Positions 13,932-27,230 of a stretch of DNA of 64,000 bases are shown here, piece after piece (position 1 is the first letter of the stretch; each line of letters starts with the position of its first letter). The translations under genes and the position numbers were made by a program. Source of the DNA: Tubulanus polymorphus. Lineage: Eukaryota; Animalia; Nemertea. Below the pieces are notes generated by a model that saw only the letters and a program-made list of their open reading frames with translations, was not told the DNA's origin and did no database searches. The stretch lies in NCBI RefSeq assembly GCF_964204645.1, contig NC_134025.1, forward strand, positions 15,314,001 to 15,378,000. The letters run 5' to 3'.

Positions 13932-15757
13932 GCTGGACTCACACTTGACATTCGGAGTAAGCGTTGGCTGTGGGAGGAAAGGAGATCGATCGCTGTGTCG
14001 CTTGAAGTGTTTATCGAGTTTTACGCGACCTTAAGGCTTTAGGCCTACCGGTACTGACCTTTACTGTCTCAAACAAACTCAGTATAAATGTTGCGGTTAT
14101 TAACGGACTCATTGGATTGAACTTCAAAACAAAATTTACGTTATTTAGGAGGGTTGTTATTCAATAGGCCTACGACAAATCTGTCCGGATGTTAGGCCTA
14201 CGCATATACATAGGCCTACATAGGCTAGTAGCCTCTACTAGGTTAAAGCTAAATTCACTGTAAAGGAGGAATCAGATTTATAAAAATGCAAGTTAATTAG
14301 TGATTAACTGGTTCTGACTTGCAACGATCAATCACAATTATCAATTTTATTGGCAAAAATGAATTTTTTTTTTGAAAATTTCGTCTGAGCAGACAGCTTT
14401 ATAAGCCAGTTTTTTCATTTGAGTTTTTTCATCATAAATGAAACTGGTATTTCGTTAATTCCTAATGAGTTAAGGCAGGCGTAGGTTGGCTTTGCGACGG
14501 CCTGTGACTCACAGCGACGCCATTCACTGCGACCGCCAGCGACGATTGAGTCGCAACGACTCATCGACCTACGCTCCCTTGCGACGGGTTGCGACTGTCA
14601 ACAACGCCAGTCACAAGGAGTCGCACGTGTTCTACTTTCTGCGACGCGACACGACTGTCACAACCGACCTATGCGCTCTTGCGACTGGCAGAAACTAGTC
14701 GCACACAGTCGCTGACAATCGTATCGCAACCGACTTGCACCGAAACTTGCGATGCAACGCGAGGATCGCATCGCATTGCAAGGCCGACCTACATCCGGCT
14801 TTAAGTTACTGCGGAGCTCCAGAAATATCTTTTTTTTTGTTCAAAAGACCTTTCTGAAAATTCTTTCGTCGAAACAAAATTTATTTCGTTCGAACCAATA
14901 ATATTCTGTTCGATTGAACCAATTTGAAAAAATCGTTAGAACAAAGGTGAACAAACTTTTTTTTGTCCAAACAAAAGGTTTTTCATTCGATCGCACGAAC
15001 AGAATCGTTTTAATTTGAACAGAATTTTCTTGTCACTACATTAAGTTTTTCGTTTGAACAAGTATATTGTAAAAAGTTTTTTCTACGAACCAAAAGTATT
15101 AAGTATTTTGTTCAATCGAACAGAATTGTTTTCATTCAAACATTTGTTCGAAAAAAATTGTTTTCGATCAACCAATTTTTTTGCCGGGACAAAAAGTTTT
15201 TCATTTCAACAATAACATAGCTTTTTATTCGAACACATTTTTTTTCAGAATGAAGAAAAGTTTTGGTTCAAACAAAAGGCGTATTGTTTGATCAAACAGA
15301 ATTGTTTTCATTCGAACAAGATTTTAAATAAATAAATTCTCGCAATAAAAATAAATTCTCGTACGCTCGAATTTATTTTTATTTTCTTGTCAGAAGTTTT
15401 TTGGTCGAACGGTGTGTTAAGGTCGTTTTAGAAATTTACTCGGTCTGGTATGTTTTGAATTACTGTGGATGTCATTTGTCAGGACATTAAACAGAAGACG
15501 ACTTAGGATAGTACCTTGCGACTCCACTAGTTAGACCGACTTATTCCAAGATGAGGCGTTCCGTTGATTTCGGCTACAAGCTTTCGTTCAGAGATAACTT
15601 CTGAGCCATTTGGGCGACCTATCATTGATAATGTTTCCTAATAGCCTATTTAGTATTGGCTGATGTTGTGCCTTATCAAATGCTCTGTCAAAATCCATCG
15701 TTGAACAGCATTCTAAGACCGTGCAGAAAACCCGTTATCGCTGCTTAGCAGCTATAT

Positions 15758-17425
15758 TTTTCATTTAACATTTCATTAAAATTTATTTCATATTCATTTA
15801 ATAAGTCACAAAAACGATTAATAACATTTTCATTTCTGTAATTATAATATTCACTTTTAATAAGTTCTGGATAATCAGATTTTATATATAATCCAAAAGC
15901 TGCAGCACTTTGATGAATCATTTTAATAGTATTTTTTATTAGAGGATCTGAATAATCAATTACATCATTTTCAGAATTTAATTTCTTTCCTTTCTAATAT
16001 ATTTCTTTTCTATCTTGATCAGTTAATTCCTTATTTAGTGATTCAAAATCTCCATATATTACGAATGGTACTTTATTCTTGTAATCATATTTTTTGAATT
16101 CTAATACTTTATCCTTTATGCAGAAATGCACTTTCATTACTGAATTTAGTTATACATTTTCTACATAGATATATTTTATGGTGATCATTTTCTTATTTAA
16201 AAAATAAATCGATTTGTTTAATCCACATATAATGATTTTCATAATATAATATATCTATAACACCATTTGAATCATAATCTTTTGATAGGTATAGAGGTTC
16301 TAATGTATAATGTTTAATATTATTACATTTTGTTTTTGTTAATTTGATTAAATCAAATACATTTATTTTAAAATTATTATCTCTTTCTATTTTTGGGATA
16401 TTTTTAATTCTAACGGGATAATTATCTATCTTATAATTATTTTCAAATAGTTTATAATGTGTTAATCTAAAACTATGTGTAATATCTTCTGTTGGGTGTA
16501 AACAACTTATAATTGCCCATAGAAAACATTTATCATCAAAATTATGTACATTTATAACGGCATAAGTTTTAAATGGTAGTTTAATATAACTTGATCCATC
16601 AATATTATCATCTTTATAATATGATAAATTATTTTCGTCAATTGGTTTTGATTTATAACTTATTATATTTTGTATTGTACACATGTAAAGTCATAAATAT
16701 TATTTCATCGAATATTTAACCTGATCCTTCAAAATATTTCTCTTCTATTTAACTTTTTATTTCATTATAACATTTATTTAATGTATCATCTATACGTTGT
16801 TTAGATATGATATGTTGTGAATATGTTGTGATTTTTAAAATTTAACTTTAGAAGATATACTAATTTTAAGGGTATTCAACATCGGTAATTACTCTTATAA
16901 TATTTTTCATATGATCTAAATTTTTTTTATTTTCTTCAAATGTTTTACCTTTATGAAATTTAAACTCGATAGCTGCTGGACCAATATCACTTTTAAATGC
17001 TTCAGTTATTTCTATTTCTTTTTTATTATCTAATGAATTAATATAATTTCTAACATTTTCCATGTATGGTCTTTTATTGTTCAATTTATTTTTTATTCTT
17101 TTAATTGTTTTCTGTTTCTTATCATTATCTTTATCAAAATAATCTTCACCTAAAATATCATTATTCATATTTCTAATATGACTTTTAGATTTTAAATGTT
17201 GTTCATAATATCTTTTGTTACTGAATGATTGATTACATGTATAACATTTATGTAATTCTTCTTCATATTTCTTCTTCATTCTTCTAATTTAGTTTCTAAT
17301 ATATCATCTTTATATTCTAATTTCAATTTATTCTCTAAGTGTGATTTAGTTTTATTGTGTCTTGCTTTTTGAGATTTATCTATATTGATTTTACATGTCG
17401 GGCAGTAGTACTTATTTGCTTCCAT
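15758..17425 (-). pseudogene. Protein-primed family B DNA polymerase (pPolB), N-terminal half, decayed
   Basis: Two C2H2 zinc fingers, then GSSYIKLP..VINVHNFDDKCFLWAIISCLHP, then the ExoI motif KVPFVIYGDFESL (~16035-16080); multiple frameshifts. Confidence 0.85.
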
Positions 17426-17461
17426 TCTAATATCAAATTTTTTATTAAAATTGATTTTATC

Positions 17462-17765
17462 TTATTCGAAATCTATTTCATGGTGCCCTATTTCATTCTT
17501 ACCTTTGTATATGAAATAGAAATCACCTGAACATAATTCTTCTAAATCTTCACTAGATAATCTATGAAATCGATCTGGTAAATATGTTCTGAATTTATAT
17601 CTATTTCCTTTTAATCCTTCGTATTCTAAGTGGATAACTTATTTATCTCCATATTTGTTAGTAACTGTATCAATATAAGTAATTGAATATTTCTTATGAA
17701 TTGTTAATTCTCTTAACTTCTTAAATTTATAATCTACAGATTTGACACTTGTAGTAACTTTTATG
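17462..17765 (-). pseudogene. Small viral protein (possible OB-fold), homolog of 54739-55102
   Basis: FKKLRELTIHKKYSIT...YGDK*VIHLEY...RTYLPDRF...FIYKG; 5' end cut by a MITE half at ~17762-17997. Confidence 0.6.
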
Positions 17766-18730
17766 TCGGTGCGATCGAAAGCAACTGTCCGCCTACCGTA
17801 AGCCGGAGTAGAACATGGGCTAGCCGGATACGGCTTGCGACGAGTCGGTAGGGGTCGGGTTGCTGTCGCAAGCCGGCTTATGTCGAACCGATAGAGCAGC
17901 AACTGGCGGTTTCTCGTAGGCCGCTAGTTGCCGCTTATCGGCGATAAACCCAGTTGCGTCGGTAGGCGTCGATTTGCTTGTCAACATAAGCCAGCCTTTA
18001 GAGCACACGGTTTTTCAAAACCGAAAAAAAGAACATCTCAAGGATACATTCCATTTTATTCGTTGGTGCGTGCCTGCTACACAGTATGTATATTTGTTAG
18101 AGGCTTATCTAACAATACTGAATGTGTCCAAATAAATTTGTATTTGTGCGTGGCAACTGTATTATCTGTAATGTAGTCGTCAGCTTCTATTATGATATCA
18201 TTTAATTCAATTTAATCAACAGTGGCAGGATGCCTACTTAGGATAACCAACCATTGTAAAGATACTGATTAAAAAGAATTGAGAGTTTGAAAATACCTTC
18301 AGCTACCACCCAATTACTACTACATGCTTCGATGCAGTGCCAATAATCATTGTTTAATTGAGAATGATAGATATAAGAAAAGGAGGTAGAAAGAAAAAAT
18401 GTAAAAATGTAATTTAGGCAACATAGGTGATGAGTACGATCATTTAATGATCTTTTATTATCACACCAACCAGAGAAGATACCTTACTAGTGATGATTAC
18501 AAAAAGCCAACCAAGCTAAATTATTACGAGCTATCTTATACAAAGGACATGAAATTATTCATGAGTATTTTAGATACATGTATGTTGAAATGATGTAAAT
18601 AATCTGTTTTTTTACACAATGTATCAACATGAATGTTTTTCAATACGGGTAATTGATATCTTGAGGATGAATAATAAAGTATCAAACTTACTTTACTAAC
18701 AGGAATGAGGCATAATTACCAAACCAATAT

Positions 18731-19033
18731 CTAAAGTTTGGATTTAGGCTTAATCGTTAAAACGGTCCTCCGAGAATGTACATTTTTGTAGCATGCAAGA
18801 GCAACACATTTACAAATCTGATCCAAGTAGTAAAATGGAACAAACTTATTAACTGGAAGATAGATAACGTGATCAATCAGATATTTTGCTTCATAAGGAT
18901 AATGCAACTTCAAGTAATTTACTTCAGCACCAGACTTTTCGATATTTGGTTCAACCACATTGAGCTGTGTGGCTCCTCGGTATGCGTCAATGCCCATTGC
19001 AAATAAATTTTCTAAAAATTCATTCGGCGATTC
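18731..19033 (-). CDS. DegT/DnrJ-type PLP aminotransferase, last exon
   Basis: Acceptor ttatttcag|GAA at 19034/19033, phase 0. ESPNEFLENLFAMGIDAY...EAKYLIDHVIYLPVN fits the C-terminal domain of the family. Confidence 0.8.
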   Translation of the reverse strand, partial: ESPNEFLENLFAMGIDAYRGATQLNVVEPNIEKSGAEVNYLKLHYPYEAKYLIDHVIYLPVNKFVPFYYLDQICKCVALACYKNVHSRRTVLTIKPKSKL

Positions 19034-19621
19034 CTGAAATAATAAGAGAAGAGGCCATGTGGTCTAGTGCAAAAGTAGGGATCCAACAATTCTAACTGCG
19101 AGATAAACTAAAAATGTTTGGTTACAAATGATAAAGTTTCATATGGCCATATTTTATGGTCTTTTCGATAGAGGTGGACAGCTTACCTGCCAAACTGAGT
19201 TTCATGAAAATTCGCTGAGAATTGTAAGCTGTATGGTGCTTACAAGAAATTCAAGATGGCTGCCCCAGTCAGCCATATTTGATGACTCATAACCTCCATT
19301 TTCAATAGTGGTGGACATCAAACCTACCTCAAGTTTCATGTAAATCCATCAAGAATTATAGGTTGTATGAGACAAATCCCACGATAAATCCAGCCAAAGG
19401 TAAAATGTCCTTGATCCTAAAGTTTGTCTCAGCCCAGTATGCCGCGGCATTTGTTAGGCAAAGGATATGAAATCCACACATTTCTCTGGTACTGACAGCT
19501 GTAGCGGCTGGACCTCGCGCAAATAATCAGTAAGTCAGCGAAATCAGCTGGCTGTTGCTATAGTCACGGCAAAGAGGGTTACTTTCTAAAAGCGGGGCGG
19601 AGTGCAGAGCGGAATAAGGGG

Positions 19622-19899
19622 GCGGAACACGGAATAGCGTGTCTCGAGTATTTGCGGAATGAACGAACAAGTCCATCGCGTTAACGTTAGGATTACAATT
19701 ATTGCCTTAATCTTATGCCATACGGCGTATTCGGAGGATTCCGTCATAAATACCGTCTTAGATTTTATATACTTACAATGAAATGATGTTTAAACAGTGA
19801 ATCGATAACAATTTAACTCCGGGACGTGATGTCTGTACGGCGTACTGAGGCCTAACGCGCTGATCCGCAAATACTCGAGACACGCTATTCCGCGCTCCG
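19622..19899. mobile_element. Small MITE
   Basis: ggaatagcgtgtctcgagtatttgcgga ... tccgcaaatactcgagacacgctattcc. Confidence 0.65.
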
Positions 19900-21454
19900 A
19901 CAGAATTGATTTGTAACCTGGTTGCATTTCAGATATATCTTAGAATAATTTCATGAATTCTAACTCAATGAATATCCAACAGGACAAAACTTTTAGAAAT
20001 ACATTTCATAGGTTTCATAGGTTTGTTTTGAGGTTGTCAGGGGGTGTTTTGATGGAGCAATTTCCTGGAACCTTTGAGATTTAGAACATACATCCCAGCT
20101 GGAGAGGCAAACAAATAAGTAAAATGTAAAAATATCACTTGAGGGAATACACAGTTTTTGTTATTTAATACACTTAAATTAATCCACAAGGTATCCACTT
20201 CTAAGGCATGTATGTCATAATTATAGCCCACCTCCCAGGATTCAAATCTGATTAAAATTGATCTGAGGAATCACTATCGTCTCCAAGGTTAATGACAATT
20301 CGGTCAATGAAGTATTCAATTATGCCCCCTATCTCGATCATTTTGTCTTCCACTTTTATGACATGGTTGACACGAGACATGGCATCAATTAGAAGTACTT
20401 TCACATCATCCATTTTTGAGCACTAAATAGGTAATCGGACGGCCATCTTGAGTCTGATGGACTCAATTTTTCATGTGCTCATGATCAAATGTGCTCAAAT
20501 TGATCAAAGTGTCTTCAAAATTTCCCTCAAAAAGTTAAAAAATGTGTAAAAAGTGCTGATTTTGGCGAACAGCAATGGCTGCCAGTCGGTCATCTTGATT
20601 CTGACAGGGCCAGTTTTTAGGCTGAAGATGTGGCTAGGGTAGATACATGTGTAACCCAAATATCAAGTCATTACATTAAAGCGTCTTCAAAATTTCCAAA
20701 ATAACTGGATTCCGTCTACGGACGGAGGCATGGACGGAGGACAGACAAAAAATGAGCGCATGGACGGAGGATGGACAAAAAATGAGCGCAATAGCCTGCT
20801 GGGACTAAAGTCCTAAGTGGGCTAAAAAGATAATTTTGTTCGAATGAAGATTACTCCTTATTATGAAAAGACTATTTAGTCACATGAAAAGATGTTTTCT
20901 TTGGAATGAAATAGGAAAACCTCTATGTTCTGAAAATTTTGTTCTAATGATAACAATTCAGTTCGATCGAGCAATATACTTTTTTGTTTGAATGAAAAAA
21001 TTTTTGTTCTGACAAAAAATTTGTCGCGCCAAAACAATTCTGATCAAGAAAAATTTCTTTTTGATGTTTTGTTTCAACAACAAAAATTCTGATGGTTCGA
21101 ACGAAAAACTTTTTGAACTGACAAAAACATTTGTTTGAACGAAGGGATGAACAAACGCAAACCAGAAAGAAACTTTCCATGATGGGTTTCTGTGTAATTG
21201 TTTCTGTTTCATTCACCGAACTCGCTGTCAAAAAGGCGATTCTCGATGTAAATAGTAATGGGTTTTTCCCCGCGGGATACCCGCTTTGGGAAAGGCACCT
21301 GAATCGATGCTACGAGTTCGAATCCCAATATTTAGACGTAATTTATTATTCTTTGAAATAAATTCTTAGAATTTCTATTTATGATTTCTCACTCAGTTCT
21401 CTGTAATTAGTGTCAGTGTACCTATAAATACTGTTGTTTTTCCATTGACTACAC

Positions 21455-21505
21455 TCATTCACCTGATGAAGCTTCTATTCATTAGAAGCGAAAGCTTGTG
21501 CGTCA
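21455..21505 (+). ncRNA. Minimal hammerhead-ribozyme-like motif in probable Penelope pLTR remnant
   Basis: CTGATGA(21463)-gcttct/agaagc stem II-GAAA(21490)-palindromic AAGCTT; TATAAATA upstream. The cleavage position appears to be G, so it is probably inactive. Confidence 0.45.
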
Positions 21506-21909
21506 AATATAGTTAACCTATACAGTACTACTCGTCTCGTTACTTTTTTTAAACCTGGTTAACACAGCTACTCTACGAATTTTAGATCTAAAAATAAAAC
21601 AGGAAGTAAAACGGGTGACGGTATACCGCGGGTTCACGTGAACACCTGCTGATTTCTGCCGCTAAGCCAATCATAGAGGAGTCTTTGCTTTATGATTGGC
21701 TTTTCAAAACCGATATTTTTGGGATCAGATATTTGCGAAAAGCTCATATAAATTTTAACGAGGCCCTCTTTCAAAATTCAGCTACGTAGAGTTTGGAGAA
21801 TGGATAATGCTATAATGAATGATTTGTATGAATATATGCTCAGTTACACAGACAAAGAGCCTTTGCTCTGGAAACCATGTCATGTAAATTCGCTCCATTT
21901 GTATAGTAA

Positions 21910-22676
21910 AGGCTGGCTTATGTCGACAAGCAACGCGACGCCTACCGACGCAACTAGCGGCCTACGAGAGGCTGCCAGTTGCTGCTCTATCGGTTCGACA
22001 TAAGCCGGCTTGCGACGGCAACCCGACGCCTACCGACTTGTCACAAGCCGTATCCCGTGTTGCCCCTGTTCTACTCCGGCCTACGGTAGGCGGACAGTTG
22101 CTTTCGATCGCAACCGACATAAGCTCATCTGCGACGCGACTGAACTGAGCGCAAGGGTTCCAGCCAATAAGAGACCGCATATATATAGTGCAAATTACGA
22201 CCGCTTGTTAGCATCATTCGTAATTGGTCATAAAATTTCAAATTCAAGTATTTCGAAACGTTAACCAAACTTTCAGCACGGCAGATGACTGGACCGAAGA
22301 TCTAGAAGCGAAATGGGTAGAATCATGGTGTGAGCGGCCATCTTTATATAATGTCGCTAGCACATTGTATTCAAAAACAGAATCAGAAAGATAAAGATCT
22401 TAAAGAAATAGCTTTTCTAATAGAAATATATTTCCCAATAATTCAAAATACATCAAATTTATTCTCAAAATGCTTATCACGTGACCATCTGAACGGTTGC
22501 AGTTGCCAGTAATCGTAACCGACATTAGCAGGGAAGCAACTGGGAGGATCTCGTATCCCGATAGTCGGCCTCAGTTGCTGCCAATCGGAGCGCAGTCGAC
22601 ATAAGCTGGGCTGCGATCGCGGTTGCTCTCAGTTGCGTCGGTAGGTGTCGCGTTGCTTGTCGACATGAGCCAGCCT
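21910..22676. mobile_element. PIF/Harbinger-type MITE
   Basis: TIR aggctggcttatgtcgacaagcaacgcgac; TAA TSD at 21907-21909 and 22677-22679. Confidence 0.8.
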
Positions 22677-24334
22677 TAATAGGCTCAGCCTATGGCTGGC
22701 CTAAAAATCAGTTTTGACTCATTTGACCTAGTTTTCTGAAATTTTGCGAATTAGCTACATCGGTCAATAAAGGAAAAATTTGAGAAAATATCTTTCAAAT
22801 TCAACTTCATTTTCAGATGCACAAGTGCAATAGTACCATTTACTTCTTAACATGGAATATCAAAAAGTTGCTCAAGCATAGATTTATAAAAAAATTTGGA
22901 CATCTGATGTGACTGAATCAATTTGGTCGACTTATTGCAATGTAACTTTGTTTCACCGAGGCTAGAAATAGCTACACTATCATATTGGATGTTGACAATC
23001 GCACTATGCTGTCAAGCATAGTGCTTTTTAAGAGGTGGCGTTCAATTCATTGAGGCTCTTACCCACTGGGGAGCATAAGCTCAGAAGAGAACCTCACCTA
23101 CCAGTGTCTGAAAATGCACTATAACATTTTCAATTCAACCTAAATTCGATAACTATTTACAAACTAGAATGTTATTTGGAACTAATAGGAATATATCTAA
23201 GTAAGAATGCCGATAAAATTCACAGCTGTAAAAATATTTTCTAGACATATGGGTGCGGCTTTTTACCAATGTAATAAATTTGCTACAAGAAACTTCGACT
23301 CCCCTTTACACACCAAATGCTTGACTTAGGCATTTATTTGAGATTCCTCGTTGTTGTACAAGTATTAGACATTACATAGGTCTGTATAATGCATGAAGGG
23401 ACTTCTAATTTTTTTATTTTGAATTTGCTGCTAAAATGGTATTGCTGTCCATGTGAATTGAGCAAACTTCACTCATTGTCAGAAATAATCACTGGGAAGT
23501 GCTGCCATCTGTTGTCATATGAATGAACAAAGTATAATGTACTATATTTGCTACAATGGTTAATAGAGTATGTAATCACCTTTTTCTTCATTTTTGGAGG
23601 CCCTAAAACTGGTGTAGCTAATTTGCTACGTGGGTCAATAGAGGGTTTTAAGCAGTACGCACAATAGAGTGCATTTCTTGATTGCTTGAAAAGCTATAAA
23701 GCGACTCAACTTGTCGAACGGTGGGTGTTGCAAATAATACTAGTCGCTCCCAACTCTACGGCACTTATGATCTGTTAAGGCTCTTTGCGAGCCTAAAAAC
23801 CTTCCTCCAACTTAAAAATGAGGACTGATCACACAAGATGGCCACAAATTGTGTGATATTTGACTGATCCCATCTGATATGCTATAGATTCCGGATAGAA
23901 TAACCATCACAAATTTTAATGAAAAATGGAAAACCACTAGCATGCTACAGGCCTCGAAATCTAGGCCAAAATTCCAAAATTGCCCTTTTGGGCACAAAAA
24001 AAGGTCACAGGAAGGACATCTTGTGTCTTACCGATCTAATTTATCTTCAAGATAATTGATGGAATTGCCTTCAAGATCTCGCTTGAAAACTTCAAAAATG
24101 TGTAAAAGGCTCTAATTTCGGCGAAAAACAACGGTTGCCAGTCGACCATCTTGATTCTTTTGGGGCCAGTTTTTGGGCAGAAGACAATCCATAGAAACGT
24201 CTTCAAAACATCTCACAATAACTGGATTCTGTCTACGGACAGAAGTACAAATTGATGGATGAACGAATGTACAGGTGAAAAGTGAAAGCAATAGCCCGCT
24301 CGGACTTATAGTCCCAAGTGGACTAAAAACTTAC

Positions 24335-25382
24335 CACTAAAATAGGAAAGAGCCAGTAATTCTTTAAAACAGCTTCTGAACCAACTAATGTGATAGTATC
24401 TGGTAGACGGGCAGCAACATAATCACATTTACTTTTCATAAGACCAAACTCAACTGCATTAAATTTCCTTAAATGGTTCCACATAACCGCTAATAAAGCA
24501 GTGGAAGGTTTCTGACGCAATCGATGAATGAGATTATCTGGGAAACCACGGATCAGTTCAATTACCCTCTTTTTGTGGTCAATGTTGAAGGTTCTTGTAA
24601 AAAACATTGCTGGTTTAACAATTTTTGGACTGTTCAGAAGCAAAAGCACCATCATCATCTTCAGGATTTTTGTGAAATAATCTGTTTGTTTTTGACAGGG
24701 GTATGTTTCATGCAGTTTATTCATCTTTCTGTACAAGTCAATATCCCGTATATTCAAAACGGCACCTCCAAAAGCAGTACAGAATTTAATGGTTCCAAAA
24801 CTGAACATAACTAAGTCTGACCTAGGATCCCCTAGTTTTTCCAGGCCACAAAAACTTTCTGCACAATCCTCCAGAACAGACAGGTTATATCGCTGAGCAA
24901 CTTCTATAATTGGATTCATATCTATCCATTTTCCATAAATGTGAGCAACAATGATGGCTACTGTTTTGTCCGTAATCAATAGCTCCAGATGATCGATCTT
25001 AGGTGCCATATCATCGATCTTAATATCCAGAGGTATTACAATCATTCCATGATGTTTCACCACACGAACCATATCAGGAATATTTAATGCTGTCATGATA
25101 ATCTGAGATCCTTCTGGAAAATGTTTCACACGAAGAAAAAGGTCCAAACCTGATCTTACGGAAAGACAGGGCAAAGCATGATTTCTCAACGGACTTCTCC
25201 AAAGCTTACTTAAGTTTTCTACCATTTTGATCCTGTTTCCCAGACAAAGAAAAGCTTCATTCATTGACCGTAGTATGTTTTCCCATGTTGTATCTGTAAA
25301 ATTGAAATTAACATCCAATAACTGTGACATTGGTGGGTTGAAATAAGGATTAGCTGAAAAATATCGGATTTCCAGTGGCAAA
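24335..25382 (-). CDS. DegT/DnrJ/EryC1/StrS-type PLP aminotransferase, main exon
   Basis: Motifs AIIVAHIYG, VLEDCAES (PLP Asp) and SFGTIKFCTAFGGA (Schiff-base Lys). Donor GTG|GTAAGT at 24335/24334; possible acceptor tag|T at 25383; upstream exon not identified. Confidence 0.85.
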
Positions 25383-25769
25383 CTATAAATTTGTTTTCTT
25401 CGCTGAAATTAAGAGGGAATATTGATGGCTGAGTATAGGCTAAATGATTCATCACAATTTGTCTCATATTGTGTATCATTATGCAATTATTGGAGGCGCT
25501 TTCACTGGCCATTTTGAAAAGTTAACTGCTTCCCTCAGGCAGCCAACAGTGGCATTTTCGAATCAAAACAGCTGGCACCAAAGTGCACCAGTTGCTGTCT
25601 GGAATTTTTGTAGTAATATTAAAGCAAAACTAGGTATGTACCTCAAAAAGTAAGCAAAATATCCCAGAAAAACAGGTCTCATGCAATGATAAATGGACTC
25701 TAGGTACCAATACAGAGAAATCGTATACAATTCAATGTTCAACTCCCCTCCCTGGTGACAAAAACAAAA

Positions 25770-27230
25770 TACTAGGGGTCCCAGGACACCATGCCCACTT
25801 GGGAAGTGGTTTCAAATGCTCAACAATCTAACAATTTCAATATTCAACGCCCCCTGGTGACCAAATACAAAAACCAATGACATTGAAACTCACCAAAATC
25901 ATAGAACATGTCAGCAGCTACGATTTTGTAATTGATTGTGATAACAAGATATGCCTACTTACTAATTTAATAAGGAAATGCTAAGTTATTCTACTATTCA
26001 ACGCCCCCTGGTGACCATATGCAAAACCCAATGACCTTGAAATTCACCACAATCATAGAACATGTCATGAACTATAACTTTGCAATTGATCATGGTAACA
26101 AAATATGCCTTGGTACCAATCTAATAAGGAAATACTGAGTTATTCTACTATTCAACATCCCCTGGTGACCATATAGAATAACTTATGTCCTTAAAACTCA
26201 CCAAAATCATAGAAAACGTTATGAGCTACAACTTTCCAATCGATTGTGGTAACACAATATGCTTAGGTATCAATATGATGTGGAAAAACTTTCTCCCACC
26301 TACGAATCAGTAGGTGGGAGAATATTCAATATTCAACAAAATACTCAATACTCAATATTCAACACCCCATCCGATGACCTTGAAACTCAACACAATCATA
26401 TAACATGCCAGCAGTTACAATTTTGTAATTGATTGTGGTAAAAAATATTTGATATGGAATTACTAAGTTATTCTACTATTCAACGCCCCCTGGTGACCAT
26501 GTGCGAAGCACAATGTCCTTAAAACTCACCATTATTATAGAACATGTCATAAGCTACAACTTTGCATTTGATCATGGTAACAAAATATGCCTAGGTACCA
26601 ATATAATAAGGGAATACTAAGTTGTTCCAATATTCAACGCCCCCTAGTGACCATATAGAATAACAAATGTCCTTGAAACTCACCACAATCATAGATGATG
26701 TCATGAGCTACAACTTTCCATTCGCTTGTGGTAACAAAATATGCATAGGTACGAATAATAATATAGAAATACCAAGTTATTGCATTGTTCAACGCCCCCT
26801 TGTTGCCAATGACCTTGAAACTGACCACGATGATAGACCATGTCATGAGCTACAACTTTCCAATTGATTGTGGTAACAAAATATACTTAAGTATCAATAT
26901 AATGTGGAAAAACTTTCTTCCACCTACGAATGAGTTCTGATGACACCAAGATGGCCGCCAATTGTGTCATAATTGCCTGATCAAATATACCTGTCTCGTG
27001 TATAAGAATACCCATCACAGATTGCAATGAAAATTGGCAAACCATTAGGAAGCTACAGGACTCAGAATTCAGGCCAACATTGACATTTTTGGGCACAAAA
27101 CAGGTCACAGGACAGACGAGTCTGATCCACCCAATTTTCTCGTGCTGATGGGCCCCTGGGGGATACAAATACATCGAACGATCAAGGTAATTGATAAAAG
27201 CGTCTTCAAAATTTCCCTCGAAAACTTCAA
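25770..27230 (+). mobile_element. Helentron-associated (HINE/DINE-like) element with internal ~160-bp tandem array
   Basis: 5' actagggg...cccacttggg, then repeated caacgccccctggtgacc units. Family 3' ends (GACG microsatellite, hairpin, cccaagtgggctaaaa) occur at ~20820, 24320, 28600 and 31870. Confidence 0.6.

Noticed and set aside
25840-26900. Regularly spaced caacgccccctggtgacc motif as a CRISPR repeat
   Set aside because: The intervening sequences are homologous to each other; this is a ~160-bp satellite inside a HINE-like element.
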